64,000 nucleotides of DNA, taken from Gammaproteobacteria bacterium. Its GTDB lineage: Bacteria > Pseudomonadota > Gammaproteobacteria > SURF-13. Below are positions 10,642 through 19,743 of this stretch, one piece after another (within the stretch, counting starts at the first letter, position 1; each line of letters starts with the position of its first letter). Location: positions 2,922 to 66,921 of the forward strand of contig QZKM01000006.1 in NCBI GenBank assembly GCA_003599485.1, in the 5' to 3' direction. The translations under genes were made by a program, and so were the position numbers. The notes below the pieces were generated by a model that saw nothing but the letters and a program-made list of their open reading frames with translations, searched no databases and was not told the origin of the DNA.

Positions 10642-11214
10642 ATGCAACGACACCAGGGTTATGAATTGCTGGAGCGTATCGGCAGCCTGCTGCGCGCCGA
10701 ACTGCGCAAGAGCGGGGCCGAATACGGCTTGCAGCCAGCGCATCTCCAGGCGCTCGGTTTCTTTGCCCAGGCCAACCGTTACAGCAATACCCCGGCGGCG
10801 CTCACCGAGTATCTGGGCGTGACCAAGGGCACGGCTTCGCAGACCTTGCTGGTGCTGGAAAACCTGGGTTTGGTGAAAAAAACCGAAGACATCTGTGACC
10901 GCCGCGTGGTGCGCGTGGAGCTGACGCGCAGGGGGCGTAGTATTCTCGCCGCGCTGGCGCCACCAGAACTGTGGGGCGCGACATGCGCAAAACTGGGCAA
11001 GCGTGATCTGGATGATCTGGCTGGGAGGCTGGAGCAAGTCTTGCGTGTGATGCAGCAGGTGAACGGGACGCGCACGTTCGGCGTATGCCGCACATGCAGA
11101 CACTTCCTGAGCGAGGGGGCGAGTAAATTCCGCTGCGGCCTGACACGTGAGCCGCTCAAGGCCGAAGAGTCACTCAAGATTTGCCGCGAACACGAAGCGG
11201 CGCCAGCCGCATAA
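10642..11214 (+). CDS. MarR-family transcriptional regulator with Cys-rich C-terminal extension
   Basis: The winged-HTH core (LTEYLGVTKGTASQTLLVLENLGLVKK...DRRVVRVELT) is MarR-like. An extra ~45-aa tail carries four Cys (CRTCRHF...FRCGL...ICREH). Confidence 0.7.
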   Translation: MQRHQGYELLERIGSLLRAELRKSGAEYGLQPAHLQALGFFAQANRYSNTPAALTEYLGVTKGTASQTLLVLENLGLVKKTEDICDRRVVRVELTRRGRSILAALAPPELWGATCAKLGKRDLDDLAGRLEQVLRVMQQVNGTRTFGVCRTCRHFLSEGASKFRCGLTREPLKAEESLKICREHEAAPAA

Positions 11215-11225
11215 AGGAAAGCCCG

Positions 11226-12050
11226 GTGGCCACTTACGCTGTTGGTGACGTCCAGGGTTGTTTTGATGAATTGCAGCAACTGCTGAGGAATCTCTCCTTT
11301 AAAGCCGACGATATCCTGTGGTTCACGGGCGACTTGGTCAATCGTGGCCCGAAGTCGCTGGAGACCTTGCGCTTCGTGAAAGGGTTGGGGACGCGCGCCG
11401 TCACGGTGCTGGGCAATCACGATTTGCACCTGCTGGCGGTGGCGCAAGGTTGCGAGCGTTATAAGTGTGGAGACACTTTCGAAGACGTATTGAATGCGCC
11501 GGATCGGGATGAGATACTGAACTGGCTGCGCGCGCGGCCGCTGCTGCACCATGACGAGGCGCTCAGTTTCACCTTGATCCACGCCGGGTTGCCGCCGCAG
11601 TGGGACCTGGCGCAGGCGCGTGCTTGCGCGCAGGAAGTGGAGGCGGCGTTGCGCGGGCCGCATTATGCGGAGTTTTTGCGCGAGATGTATGGCGGTGAGC
11701 CGCAACAATGGTCGGGTACGCTGGGCGGCTGGGACAGGCTGCGCTTCATCACCAATTGCCTGACGCGATTGCGTTACTGTGATGCGCACGGCAGGCTCGC
11801 ATTGCAGGAAAAGGGCGCGCCGGGCACGCAGCCCGAGGGTTATATGCCCTGGTTTGAGGCGCCGGGGCGGCGCAGCGCGAATTTAAAAATCATCTTTGGC
11901 CACTGGTCCACGCTGGGCGCCTGCCCCGTGGCCAAGGTATTTCCGCTCGACGGCGGCTGTGTGTGGGGCGGCGGTTTGCTCGCATTGCGCCTCGACGGCG
12001 CGCGGCGCGAGCACACGCGGCTGGAGTGCCGCGCGCATCAAAAGTATTAA
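11226..12050 (+). CDS. apaH: bis(5'-nucleosyl)-tetraphosphatase (symmetrical) ApaH
   Basis: Calcineurin-like phosphoesterase motifs (GDVQGC, GDLVNRGP, GNHD). Start placed at the GTG giving VATYAVGD; the upstream part of the ORF looks non-native. Confidence 0.8.
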   Translation: MATYAVGDVQGCFDELQQLLRNLSFKADDILWFTGDLVNRGPKSLETLRFVKGLGTRAVTVLGNHDLHLLAVAQGCERYKCGDTFEDVLNAPDRDEILNWLRARPLLHHDEALSFTLIHAGLPPQWDLAQARACAQEVEAALRGPHYAEFLREMYGGEPQQWSGTLGGWDRLRFITNCLTRLRYCDAHGRLALQEKGAPGTQPEGYMPWFEAPGRRSANLKIIFGHWSTLGACPVAKVFPLDGGCVWGGGLLALRLDGARREHTRLECRAHQKY

Positions 12051-13462
12051 ATGCGGCTGTTGACCCGATAGACCTTATTGTCCTTGATCGCAAAATACTG
12101 AATCTCGCTTGCAGAGAGGAAGGCGATCTCGGTCAAGATGAGGTCGTAGATTTTCTGCTCCTTTCCGTCCACCACCACCACGCTGCTGTCTCCCACCCGT
12201 GCACGATAGACGGCATGGCGCCCGTCCGGACTGAACAGCGGATTGCCCTTGCCGATGGCGGCATAGCGCTTGTGCGCCACGCCGTCCACGACTGCGAACA
12301 ACTCCTGGCCGCCCAGGGCGTAATAGGCCACGCGTTTGCCGTCGGGGCTGAAGAACGGCGACTGCGTGCCCACGCCATCATGGGGGGTCAGCTCCTTGCC
12401 GTCTACCACCAGAAACTGCTTGCCGTTTTGCCGCGCAACGTAGGCGTAGTGCGCGCCGTCGTTGCTGAAGGTGGCGTTGAAGCTGGCGATTTCGTCATAG
12501 CCTTTGCCGCGCGCGCCGTCCACCACCGCGAAGAACTTTCCATTCTCTTCCACGATATAGGCCACGTGTTTCCCGTCAAGACTGAACACGGGCGCAGGGC
12601 TGAAAATTTTCTGGTGCGGCGGGCCTTCCTTGCCATCCATCACCAGAAACTGCCGCGAATCACGTTCGGCGAAGTACGCCAGACGCCGGCTGTCCGGAGA
12701 AAACACGGGGATGATGGTGTTGACGCCTTCGTAGCGCCGCTGTTCTTTTCCGTCCAGCACCGCGTATTGCAGATCGTTGTCGAAGGCGCGATACGCCAAA
12801 TGTTGACCGTCTGGACTGAAGACCAGCGAGTTTTCGCCGATGAGTTCATGGCGCGCGCCTTCGACACCATCCACCACGACGAACATCACTCCATCGCCGT
12901 TTGGCGTTTCTTCCCTGGCGACAAAGGCCAGGTGATGGCTATCGGGACTGAACAGGATGGAGTGCGGGGTGACGCCATCGTAAACCTTCCCGCTCACGCC
13001 ATCCACTACTACCGTGACGCCCTGTTCCAGCAGTATGCTGTAGGCGATACGGCGGCTGTCGGGACTGAACACCGGCGCTTCCACCGCACGGTAGGGCCCG
13101 GCTTCCTTGTCATCCACCACCATATACCAGGCGCCGTTCTGCATGGCGCTGTAAGCCACGCGCCGGCTGTCCGGGCTGAAGAAGCTGGAGTGTGCGCCGA
13201 TGCCGTCGTAACGTTTGCCCTCTTTGCCGTCGAGCACGATGAACTGCTTGCCGTCCCGTTCCATTACATAGGCAAGCCGCCGCCCATCCGGGCTCGCATA
13301 GGTGGACGACACCATCCATCCGGCCGGATCAATCTCGCCGACCACGGTTTCCGTGGTGTGCTCAACCTGCGGCAGGGACGGCGCGGTGCAGGACGCCAGC
13401 GCCAGGATGGAGATGAGTGACAGCCAGTGATATCTCAACACAAACGATCCTCGCTGCCGCAT
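12047..13462 (-). CDS. periplasmic lipoprotein built from ~10 PD40/TolB-like beta-propeller repeats
   Basis: The lipobox ILALASC follows the signal peptide. About 10 tandem ~40-aa repeats follow, each ending in FSPDG/FSPDS-x3-AY after a YxxxDGKE-x4-YD core. Confidence 0.6.
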   Translation of the reverse strand: MRQRGSFVLRYHWLSLISILALASCTAPSLPQVEHTTETVVGEIDPAGWMVSSTYASPDGRRLAYVMERDGKQFIVLDGKEGKRYDGIGAHSSFFSPDSRRVAYSAMQNGAWYMVVDDKEAGPYRAVEAPVFSPDSRRIAYSILLEQGVTVVVDGVSGKVYDGVTPHSILFSPDSHHLAFVAREETPNGDGVMFVVVDGVEGARHELIGENSLVFSPDGQHLAYRAFDNDLQYAVLDGKEQRRYEGVNTIIPVFSPDSRRLAYFAERDSRQFLVMDGKEGPPHQKIFSPAPVFSLDGKHVAYIVEENGKFFAVVDGARGKGYDEIASFNATFSNDGAHYAYVARQNGKQFLVVDGKELTPHDGVGTQSPFFSPDGKRVAYYALGGQELFAVVDGVAHKRYAAIGKGNPLFSPDGRHAVYRARVGDSSVVVVDGKEQKIYDLILTEIAFLSASEIQYFAIKDNKVYRVNSRI

Positions 13463-13523
13463 TGACGGCATTGGAGTGCGGTAACTTCGCAGCGCCATCA
13501 GTTCATAACGGCGCAGAGTGCTT

Positions 13524-13733
13524 TTAGCCGGATCCCGCCCGTGTTGCGGGACACGTATTGATGCCGAGCAACGCCCAGACCGGGCACCAGCTTACCGCCG
13601 CCGTTACGATGGGAATGATGCCAATCAGGCCCAGATAGCGCATATTCCCTTCCAGTACAAACAGCAATGACAACAAGACAACTCCGATGATGACACGAAT
13701 AATCCTTTCGGTGTTTCCAACGTTGGGTTTCAT
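13524..13733 (-). CDS. DUF2892 (YgaP-like) small membrane protein
   Basis: 69 aa with two TM segments and a conserved CP...W...G..TCP C-terminus typical of DUF2892. Confidence 0.55.
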   Translation of the reverse strand: MKPNVGNTERIIRVIIGVVLLSLLFVLEGNMRYLGLIGIIPIVTAAVSWCPVWALLGINTCPATRAGSG

Positions 13734-13825
13734 GGGTCACCTCCGCGGCCAATCGTGTTTACGCCCACCCGCATACAGGAGCAGACCCTTCTAGCATAGG
13801 CGCAAAGGCCGTTGTGATGCAAGAC

Positions 13826-14320
13826 TCAAGGTTGCCGCCGCCTCTCCCAGGTTACAAAGCTGTAAGCATGGGGATTTTTTTCATCGGCAGCGTGATTACT
13901 GCGGTCAGTCTCCACCCATTCTCCCGTATCAAAAGCGGGAAACCAGGCGTCGCCGCTGAAACACGCATGGATTTCAGTTAAATACAGGCGCGCGGCGCGC
14001 AGCAGAAGCTGGGCGAACAAGTCTGCGCCGCCCAGCACCATCAGTTCCTCGCTATCCGCGGCGGCGGCCAGCGCCGCTTCGATCGTGTGCGCCACCTCAC
14101 ACCCCGGCGCATGGTAGTCCGTGTCGCGTGTCAGGATGATGTTGCGCCTGCCGGGCAGCGGCTTGCCGATAGACTCGAACGTCTTGCGTCCCATCAAAAG
14201 CGGCTTGCCCATGGTCACTTCACGAAAGTGGCGCATGTCGGCGGGCAGCCGCCACGGCAGGGCGTTGTTCCGGCCGATGACGCGGTTTTCATCCATGGCC
14301 GCGATCAGTGAAATGCGCAT
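13826..14320 (-). CDS. folA: dihydrofolate reductase
   Basis: MRISLIAAM..NRVIGR..LPW..PADMRHF...GRKTFESIG are classic DHFR motifs. Start taken at MRISL rather than the longer ORF start. Confidence 0.9.
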   Translation of the reverse strand: MRISLIAAMDENRVIGRNNALPWRLPADMRHFREVTMGKPLLMGRKTFESIGKPLPGRRNIILTRDTDYHAPGCEVAHTIEAALAAAADSEELMVLGGADLFAQLLLRAARLYLTEIHACFSGDAWFPAFDTGEWVETDRSNHAADEKNPHAYSFVTWERRRQP

Positions 14321-14363
14321 GTGTTTTGCGTGCAACTGGTAAATAGGGCGATAATACCATGTC

Positions 14364-15215
14364 ATGCGCCACTACAGATTGACGCTCTCCTGCCCCGACC
14401 GCCCCGGCATCATCGCCGCGGTGAGCGCGTTTATCGCCGCGCACGGGGGCACCATCGGCGAGAGCGCGAGCCACAGCGAGCCGGACACGCGCCACTTCTT
14501 CATGCGCCAGGAAATACTCGCCGCATCGCTGCCGTTCGGGGCGGACGGGTTCCGCGAGCGTTTTTCAGCCATCGCCTCCGGCTTCAACATGCAGTGGAAC
14601 ATCAGCGACTCCGCGCAGAAAAAGCGCATGGTGATGCTCGCAAGCAAGCAGGATCACTGCTTGGCGGATTTGCTGTACCGCTGGCGCAGCAAGGAGTTCG
14701 ATTTCGACATCCCGTGCGTGATTTCCAACCACGAGGATTTGCGCAGCCTGGCCGAATGGCATGGTATTCCTTATATACACGTGCCGCTGGGTCCGGAAAA
14801 TAAACCGGCGGGGCACGTGAAAATTTTAGACCTGTGCCGTCAGCACAAGGCGGACGCCATCGTGCTTGCGCGCTACATGCAAATACTGCCCGATGCCTTT
14901 TGCGCGGCCTACCCCAACCGCATCATCAATATCCACCACGGACTGCTGCCCGCCTTCGTGGGCGCGCGCCCTTATCATCAGGCGTTCGAGCGCGGCGTGA
15001 AACAGATCGGCGCGACCTGTCACTACGTCACCGCCGAGCTCGACGCCGGCCCCATCATCGAGCAGGACGTGATCCGGGTGGATCACAGCGAGGCCGTCGA
15101 GGATTTAATCCGCCTGGGGCGCGACGTGGAAAAGACTGTACTCTCGCGCGGCGTGCGCTATCATGTGGAAGACCGGGTGCTGGTGCACGGCGAGCGCACC
15201 GTGGTATTCAGGTGA
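14364..15215 (+). CDS. purU: formyltetrahydrofolate deformylase
   Basis: N-terminal ACT domain (LTLSCPDRPGIIAAVS) followed by a formyltransferase domain (HHGLLPAF, SNHEDL). Confidence 0.9.
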   Translation: MRHYRLTLSCPDRPGIIAAVSAFIAAHGGTIGESASHSEPDTRHFFMRQEILAASLPFGADGFRERFSAIASGFNMQWNISDSAQKKRMVMLASKQDHCLADLLYRWRSKEFDFDIPCVISNHEDLRSLAEWHGIPYIHVPLGPENKPAGHVKILDLCRQHKADAIVLARYMQILPDAFCAAYPNRIINIHHGLLPAFVGARPYHQAFERGVKQIGATCHYVTAELDAGPIIEQDVIRVDHSEAVEDLIRLGRDVEKTVLSRGVRYHVEDRVLVHGERTVVFR

Positions 15216-15767
15216 GTGAGCAACACTTATCCAATTGGAGTGAACATGACGATGAAACCATTGCAATACGGCCTGCGCACAATCCCGTTTTTATTGGCAG
15301 CCCTGCTCAGCGCCGCCTGCGCCGGCATGAGTGGCGGCGCGCATGGCTACAAAATAAACAGCATCTCCGGCGTTGGCGCCGGGCATAACTCGGTGCTGAT
15401 CGGCACCCATTGCGCGGATGACGTAACCATGATCAAGGTCGAGGTGGTCTCCGCCCAGGAGACAACCGTCGCCGACGTTTATGTGCGCGCCTATCTTTAC
15501 GACGCGGACAAAGAACTGCTCAAGGCCCACGACCGGCCGCCGACGTCGCCCTGCATGTTTGTGGGCGACGCCAAACCGCAATCCATGCCGATCATGTATG
15601 AGGCGGGAATGCCGCGCGTATTCCATTTCCCCACCCAGGGGCCGGATGATTTTCCCTGGAAAAGCATCGTGGTGGTGTTCGGCGATGATGATAAAGCGGT
15701 CGCCAGCGTATATCCCTCCGGCAACCCGCGCGATTTTGATTTCCCGGAAAGGGCGCTGCTTAAATAG
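15216..15767 (+). CDS. hypothetical secreted lipoprotein
   Basis: Signal peptide with lipobox LLSAAC. No recognisable domain. The start may be at the internal MTMKPL. Confidence 0.35.
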   Translation: MSNTYPIGVNMTMKPLQYGLRTIPFLLAALLSAACAGMSGGAHGYKINSISGVGAGHNSVLIGTHCADDVTMIKVEVVSAQETTVADVYVRAYLYDADKELLKAHDRPPTSPCMFVGDAKPQSMPIMYEAGMPRVFHFPTQGPDDFPWKSIVVVFGDDDKAVASVYPSGNPRDFDFPERALLK

Positions 15768-15775
15768 GGGCTGCG

Positions 15776-16720
15776 TCAGCCGAAACAGTCCGGCTCATCG
15801 TGCATGATTTTGAGCGTACCCACCAGTTGCGAGACATGATTTAACCGGTGGCGCTGCAGATAGTCCACGATGCCTGCGTTGATTTTCGGACATACCAGCG
15901 GATCGTAAAACAGCGCGGTGCCGATGCCCACGGCGGAGGCCCCGGCGATGATAAATTCCAGCGCATCCTGCGCCGTCATGATACCGCCCTGGCCGATGAT
16001 GGGAATGTTGTGCTGCTTCGCCACCTGATACACCTGGTGCACCTTGAGCAGCGCAATGGGTCTGATGGCCGGACCGGACAGCCCGCCCTGTCCGTTGCCC
16101 AGCACCGGCGTGCGCTGCTCGATGTCCACCGCCATGCCCATCAGGGTGTTGATGACGGCGAACCCATCGGTGCCCGCCTCGATGCAACGGCGCGCGTTCT
16201 CCACGATGTCGGTCTGATTGGGTGATAATTTAGTGATGAGCGGCTTTTTGGTCTGCGCGCGGCATGCCGCCACCACGCGCGCCGACATGTCCGGGTCGTT
16301 GCCGAACGCCACCCCGCCTTCCTTCACATTGGGGCAGGAGATATTGATCTCCATCGCGTCTATCGGCGAGTCGTCGAACAGGCGCGTGATCTCGGCGTAT
16401 TCCTCCACCGTGGAGCCGGACAGATTGGCGATGAAGCGCGTCTCGCTGAAATCCAGCGCGGGGAGGATATTTTTGATGACGTATTCCGTGCCCGGATTCT
16501 GCAAACCGATGGCGTTCAACATCCCCATCGGCGTTTCCCACACCCGGTGCGGCGCGTTGCCGAGACGCGGCGCGAGGGTGGCGCCCTTCAGGCACACTGC
16601 GCCCGCGTCGCGATTGGAAAATCCGCTCACGCGCGTGTATTCTTCACCAAACCCCACGCAACCGGAAAGCAGCACCAGCGGCGTGTTGAAGCGCATGCCG
16701 CAGAACTCCATCGCCAGCAT
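15776..16720 (-). CDS. class 1 dihydroorotate dehydrogenase-like flavoprotein (PyrD family 1 catalytic subunit)
   Basis: TIM-barrel FMN motifs, with active-site Cys in NISCPN (class 1) rather than Ser (class 2). Start moved to MLAMEF to avoid overlapping the divergent trmL. Confidence 0.65.
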   Translation of the reverse strand: MLAMEFCGMRFNTPLVLLSGCVGFGEEYTRVSGFSNRDAGAVCLKGATLAPRLGNAPHRVWETPMGMLNAIGLQNPGTEYVIKNILPALDFSETRFIANLSGSTVEEYAEITRLFDDSPIDAMEINISCPNVKEGGVAFGNDPDMSARVVAACRAQTKKPLITKLSPNQTDIVENARRCIEAGTDGFAVINTLMGMAVDIEQRTPVLGNGQGGLSGPAIRPIALLKVHQVYQVAKQHNIPIIGQGGIMTAQDALEFIIAGASAVGIGTALFYDPLVCPKINAGIVDYLQRHRLNHVSQLVGTLKIMHDEPDCFG

Positions 16721-16748
16721 GTCCTGACTGCCGCCGTTAATATCTTTC

Positions 16749-17213
16749 ATGTTTCATGTCGTGTTATTCGAGCCTGAGATTCCCCCCAACACCGGCAACA
16801 TTATACGCCTGTGCGCGAACAGCGGCGCGCAATTGCATTTAATCCAGCCCCTCGGCTTCAGCCCCACCGACAGCAAACTCAAACGCGCCGGCCTCGACTA
16901 CCACGACTGGGCCAGCGTGCATCAGCACGAAAATCTGGAGACCTTCCAGCAAACCGTGCAGCCTCCACGTCTGTTCGCCATCTCCACCCGCGGCACGCGC
17001 AATTACGCGGATGTTTCTTATCAACCAGGCGACGCCCTCCTGTTCGGCCCCGAAACCCGCGGCCTGCCCCAGACATTACTCGATGGTTTACCCAGCGAAC
17101 ACACCCTGCGCATCCCCATGCAACCCCACAACCGCAGCCTCAACCTCTCCAACGCGGTGGCGATAGTACTGTACGAAGCCTGGCGGCAGCAGGGGTTTGC
17201 CGGGGCGGATTAA
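16749..17213 (+). CDS. trmL: tRNA (cytidine/uridine-2'-O)-methyltransferase TrmL (SpoU family)
   Basis: 154 aa with the SPOUT knot motifs (EPEIPPNTGNIIRLC, LLFGPETRGLP). Confidence 0.85.
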   Translation: MFHVVLFEPEIPPNTGNIIRLCANSGAQLHLIQPLGFSPTDSKLKRAGLDYHDWASVHQHENLETFQQTVQPPRLFAISTRGTRNYADVSYQPGDALLFGPETRGLPQTLLDGLPSEHTLRIPMQPHNRSLNLSNAVAIVLYEAWRQQGFAGAD

Positions 17214-17340
17214 ACGATTTGCGTCTTTGCGGAATGGATAAATTCGGGGTACAGTACAGACTGTGGGTTTGGATATCGAAGGTGCATAGAAGCAGGCGTT
17301 AATGTGTTATTGCAAGACTTGATTCTGGTGCGTTCTGCGC

Positions 17341-17652
17341 GTGACCGCGAAGATCGTCTATGATTTTGAATGGGACGCTGCCAAAGCGCTCGCCAATGTG
17401 GCGAAACACGGCGTCACGTTCGACCGGGCGGCGACGGTGTTTCGGGATGCGCTGGCGCTCACGGTCTTCGATTCGGCCCACAGCCAATCTGAGGAGCGCT
17501 GGTTCACGATCGGGTACGACGCCGCAGGTATGCTTTTGGCGGTGGCGCATACCTACCAGACCACCGGGCCGGCTGGCGCCCGGGTGCGCATCATCTCAGC
17601 GCGCGAAGCCAGCAAACGTGAACGACGTTTTTATGAGGACGAACCTCGATAG
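17341..17652 (+). CDS. brnT: BrnT-family toxin (DUF497)
   Basis: F-x-WD-x2-KA-x2-N-x2-KHGV-x-F-x-A-x2-VF matches the BrnT signature. Confidence 0.75.
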   Translation: MTAKIVYDFEWDAAKALANVAKHGVTFDRAATVFRDALALTVFDSAHSQSEERWFTIGYDAAGMLLAVAHTYQTTGPAGARVRIISAREASKRERRFYEDEPR

Positions 17653-17660
17653 GTGACACT

Positions 17661-17900
17661 ATGAATGCAACGAGCAACTCATCCAACGACGACATGCCTG
17701 CCGAGATCGACTTCTCGGGGGGTGTGCGCGGCAAGTTCTACCAGCCGGACGCCATGTTCAATGTGCCGGTGTATCTTGATGCGGACGTACAGGCGTATCT
17801 GTCCGTAATTGCCTCCAAGAAGGGTGTGCCGCTCTCCGATCTCACCAACGAACTGCTCAAGAAGGAAATCGCAATTCTTGAGGCGATGAAGCAAGCATAG
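17661..17900 (+). CDS. brnA: BrnA-family antitoxin
   Basis: 79 aa lying 8 bp downstream of brnT. The conserved IDFSGGVRGKFY motif and a C-terminal helix match BrnA. Confidence 0.65.
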   Translation: MNATSNSSNDDMPAEIDFSGGVRGKFYQPDAMFNVPVYLDADVQAYLSVIASKKGVPLSDLTNELLKKEIAILEAMKQA

Positions 17901-17933
17901 CTCGGATTAGCGCAGCGTAATCCGGGAGTGGGG

Positions 17934-18956
17934 TTAAATCGTCTCCGCCTTCTGTTCGCGTGCGAGCAGCGCCTGCACCGCGGCGCGCGGGTTTTTGTTT
18001 TCGTGCAGCACGCAGTATACCTGCTCGCTGATGGGCATTTCTATTTTGTGCGCTTTCGCCAAACGCATGACTTCGCGCGCGGTGGGGACGCCTTCCACGA
18101 TTTGGCCGATGTCGCGCAGTGCATCCGCGAGCGCTGTGCCGCGCGCCAGGGCGAGCCCCAGGCGGCGGTTGCGGGACTGGTCGTCGGTGCAGGTGAGCAC
18201 GAGGTCGCCCAATCCGGCGAGGCCCATGAAGGTCTCGCGCTTGCCGCCGAGCGCGACGCCGAGGCGCATCATTTCCGCCAGGCCGCGGGTGACGAGCGCG
18301 GCGCGGGTGTTGGCGCCAAAGCCCAGGCCGTCAGCGATGCCGGCGGCGATGGCGAGTACGTTTTTGATCGCGCCACCCAGCTCCACACCGATGACGTCGT
18401 CCGAGGTGTAGGCACGAAACGTATCGTTGTGCAGGCGCGCGGCGAGATCGGCGGCAAATTGCGCCGTGGCGGAAGCGACGGTGAGCGCGGTGGGCGAGCC
18501 TGCCGCCACTTCGCGCGCGAAGGTGGGGCCGGAGATCACCGCCGTGGCGCGCGCGCCTATCAATTCTTGCGCCACTTCGTGCAGCAGCTTTCCCGATTCC
18601 GGCTCCAGCCCTTTGGTGGCCCAGGCGACACGCATGTGCGGTTTCAAGTGAGGTGCAAGGCGCGACAGGGTTTCGCGGAAGGCGTGGCTGGGTACGGCGA
18701 TCAGACAGTCATGCGCCACGCCCAGTACATGTGTTAAATCGGCGCTGACCTGCAGGCTGTTGGGGAAGGCCACGCCTGGTAAAAAACGCTCATTGCCGCG
18801 CTCTTTTGCGAGTCGCGTCATGTGCTCTGCGTTGTGGCCCCACAATAGAACGGGCGCGTTATTGTGCGCGAGCAGCACCGCGAGCGCCGTGCCCCAGGCG
18901 CCCGCACCGAGGATACAGAGCGGGGGAGGCGATACGTTAGCCGGGCGTGGACGCAA
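17934..18956 (-). CDS. gpsA: NAD(P)H-dependent glycerol-3-phosphate dehydrogenase
   Basis: GAGAWGTALA Rossmann motif. Conserved synteny gpsA-secB-grxC-yibN. Confidence 0.9.
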   Translation of the reverse strand: MRPRPANVSPPPLCILGAGAWGTALAVLLAHNNAPVLLWGHNAEHMTRLAKERGNERFLPGVAFPNSLQVSADLTHVLGVAHDCLIAVPSHAFRETLSRLAPHLKPHMRVAWATKGLEPESGKLLHEVAQELIGARATAVISGPTFAREVAAGSPTALTVASATAQFAADLAARLHNDTFRAYTSDDVIGVELGGAIKNVLAIAAGIADGLGFGANTRAALVTRGLAEMMRLGVALGGKRETFMGLAGLGDLVLTCTDDQSRNRRLGLALARGTALADALRDIGQIVEGVPTAREVMRLAKAHKIEMPISEQVYCVLHENKNPRAAVQALLAREQKAETI

Positions 18957-18965
18957 GGCGCAGTA

Positions 18966-19433
18966 TTAATGCGAGGCCGGCTGCTCGGCGCGTTGTTTCT
19001 GCGCGTGGGCGTAGATGGCTTCGAAATTGACCGGGGCGAGCAGCAATTGCGGAAAGCCGCCTTTGGTGACCAGGTCGGAAACCACCTCGCGCGCGAATGG
19101 GAACAACACGTTGGGGCAGAAGCTGCCCAGGGTGCGCGCCAACTCTTCTTTTTCCAGTCCCTTGATGGTGAACAGTCCGGCCTGCTGCACTTCCGCCAGG
19201 AAAGCGGTCTTGTCGCCGAGCTTGGCGGTGACGGTCACGCTGAGCACCACCTCATGCGTGTGATCGCTTTGGTGCGTGGCGTGGCTTTGCAGGTGCAGGT
19301 TGATCTCCGGTGTCCATTGCTGGATGAAAATCTGCGGCGAGCCCGGCGTTTCAAAGGACAGGTCCTTGACGTACACCTTCTGGATGAAAAACTGTACGTC
19401 GTTGCCCGTCTTGGGTGTGGCGGTGTCAGTCAT
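18966..19433 (-). CDS. secB: protein-export chaperone SecB
   Basis: 155 aa; [14 protein letters not shown] is the SecB signature. Confidence 0.9.
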   Translation of the reverse strand: MTDTATPKTGNDVQFFIQKVYVKDLSFETPGSPQIFIQQWTPEINLHLQSHATHQSDHTHEVVLSVTVTAKLGDKTAFLAEVQQAGLFTIKGLEKEELARTLGSFCPNVLFPFAREVVSDLVTKGGFPQLLLAPVNFEAIYAHAQKQRAEQPASH

Positions 19434-19464
19434 AGATATCCCTTAAATTTGGTGGTGTGACGCA

Positions 19465-19734
19465 TCAGGCGCATTTGAGCAGCACATCCAGTTCACCGCG
19501 ATGTTCCATGCGCGCCATCTCCTCGAAGCCGCCCACGTGCGTCTCGCCGATGAAGATTTGCGGCACGCTGCGGCGGCGGCTGCGCTGTTCCATCTCCGCG
19601 CGACGCACGGGTTCCTGGTCCACGCGCACTTCGGTGTAGCGCACGCCTTTCTTTTGCAGCAACTGGCGCGCCATCACGCAATACGGACACACACCGGTGC
19701 TGTAGATTACAACTTCTTTATGTGACTGCGTCAT
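19465..19734 (-). CDS. grxC: glutaredoxin 3
   Basis: 89 aa with the CPYC active site. Confidence 0.9.
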   Translation of the reverse strand: MTQSHKEVVIYSTGVCPYCVMARQLLQKKGVRYTEVRVDQEPVRRAEMEQRSRRRSVPQIFIGETHVGGFEEMARMEHRGELDVLLKCA

Positions 19735-19743
19735 GACCGCGGC

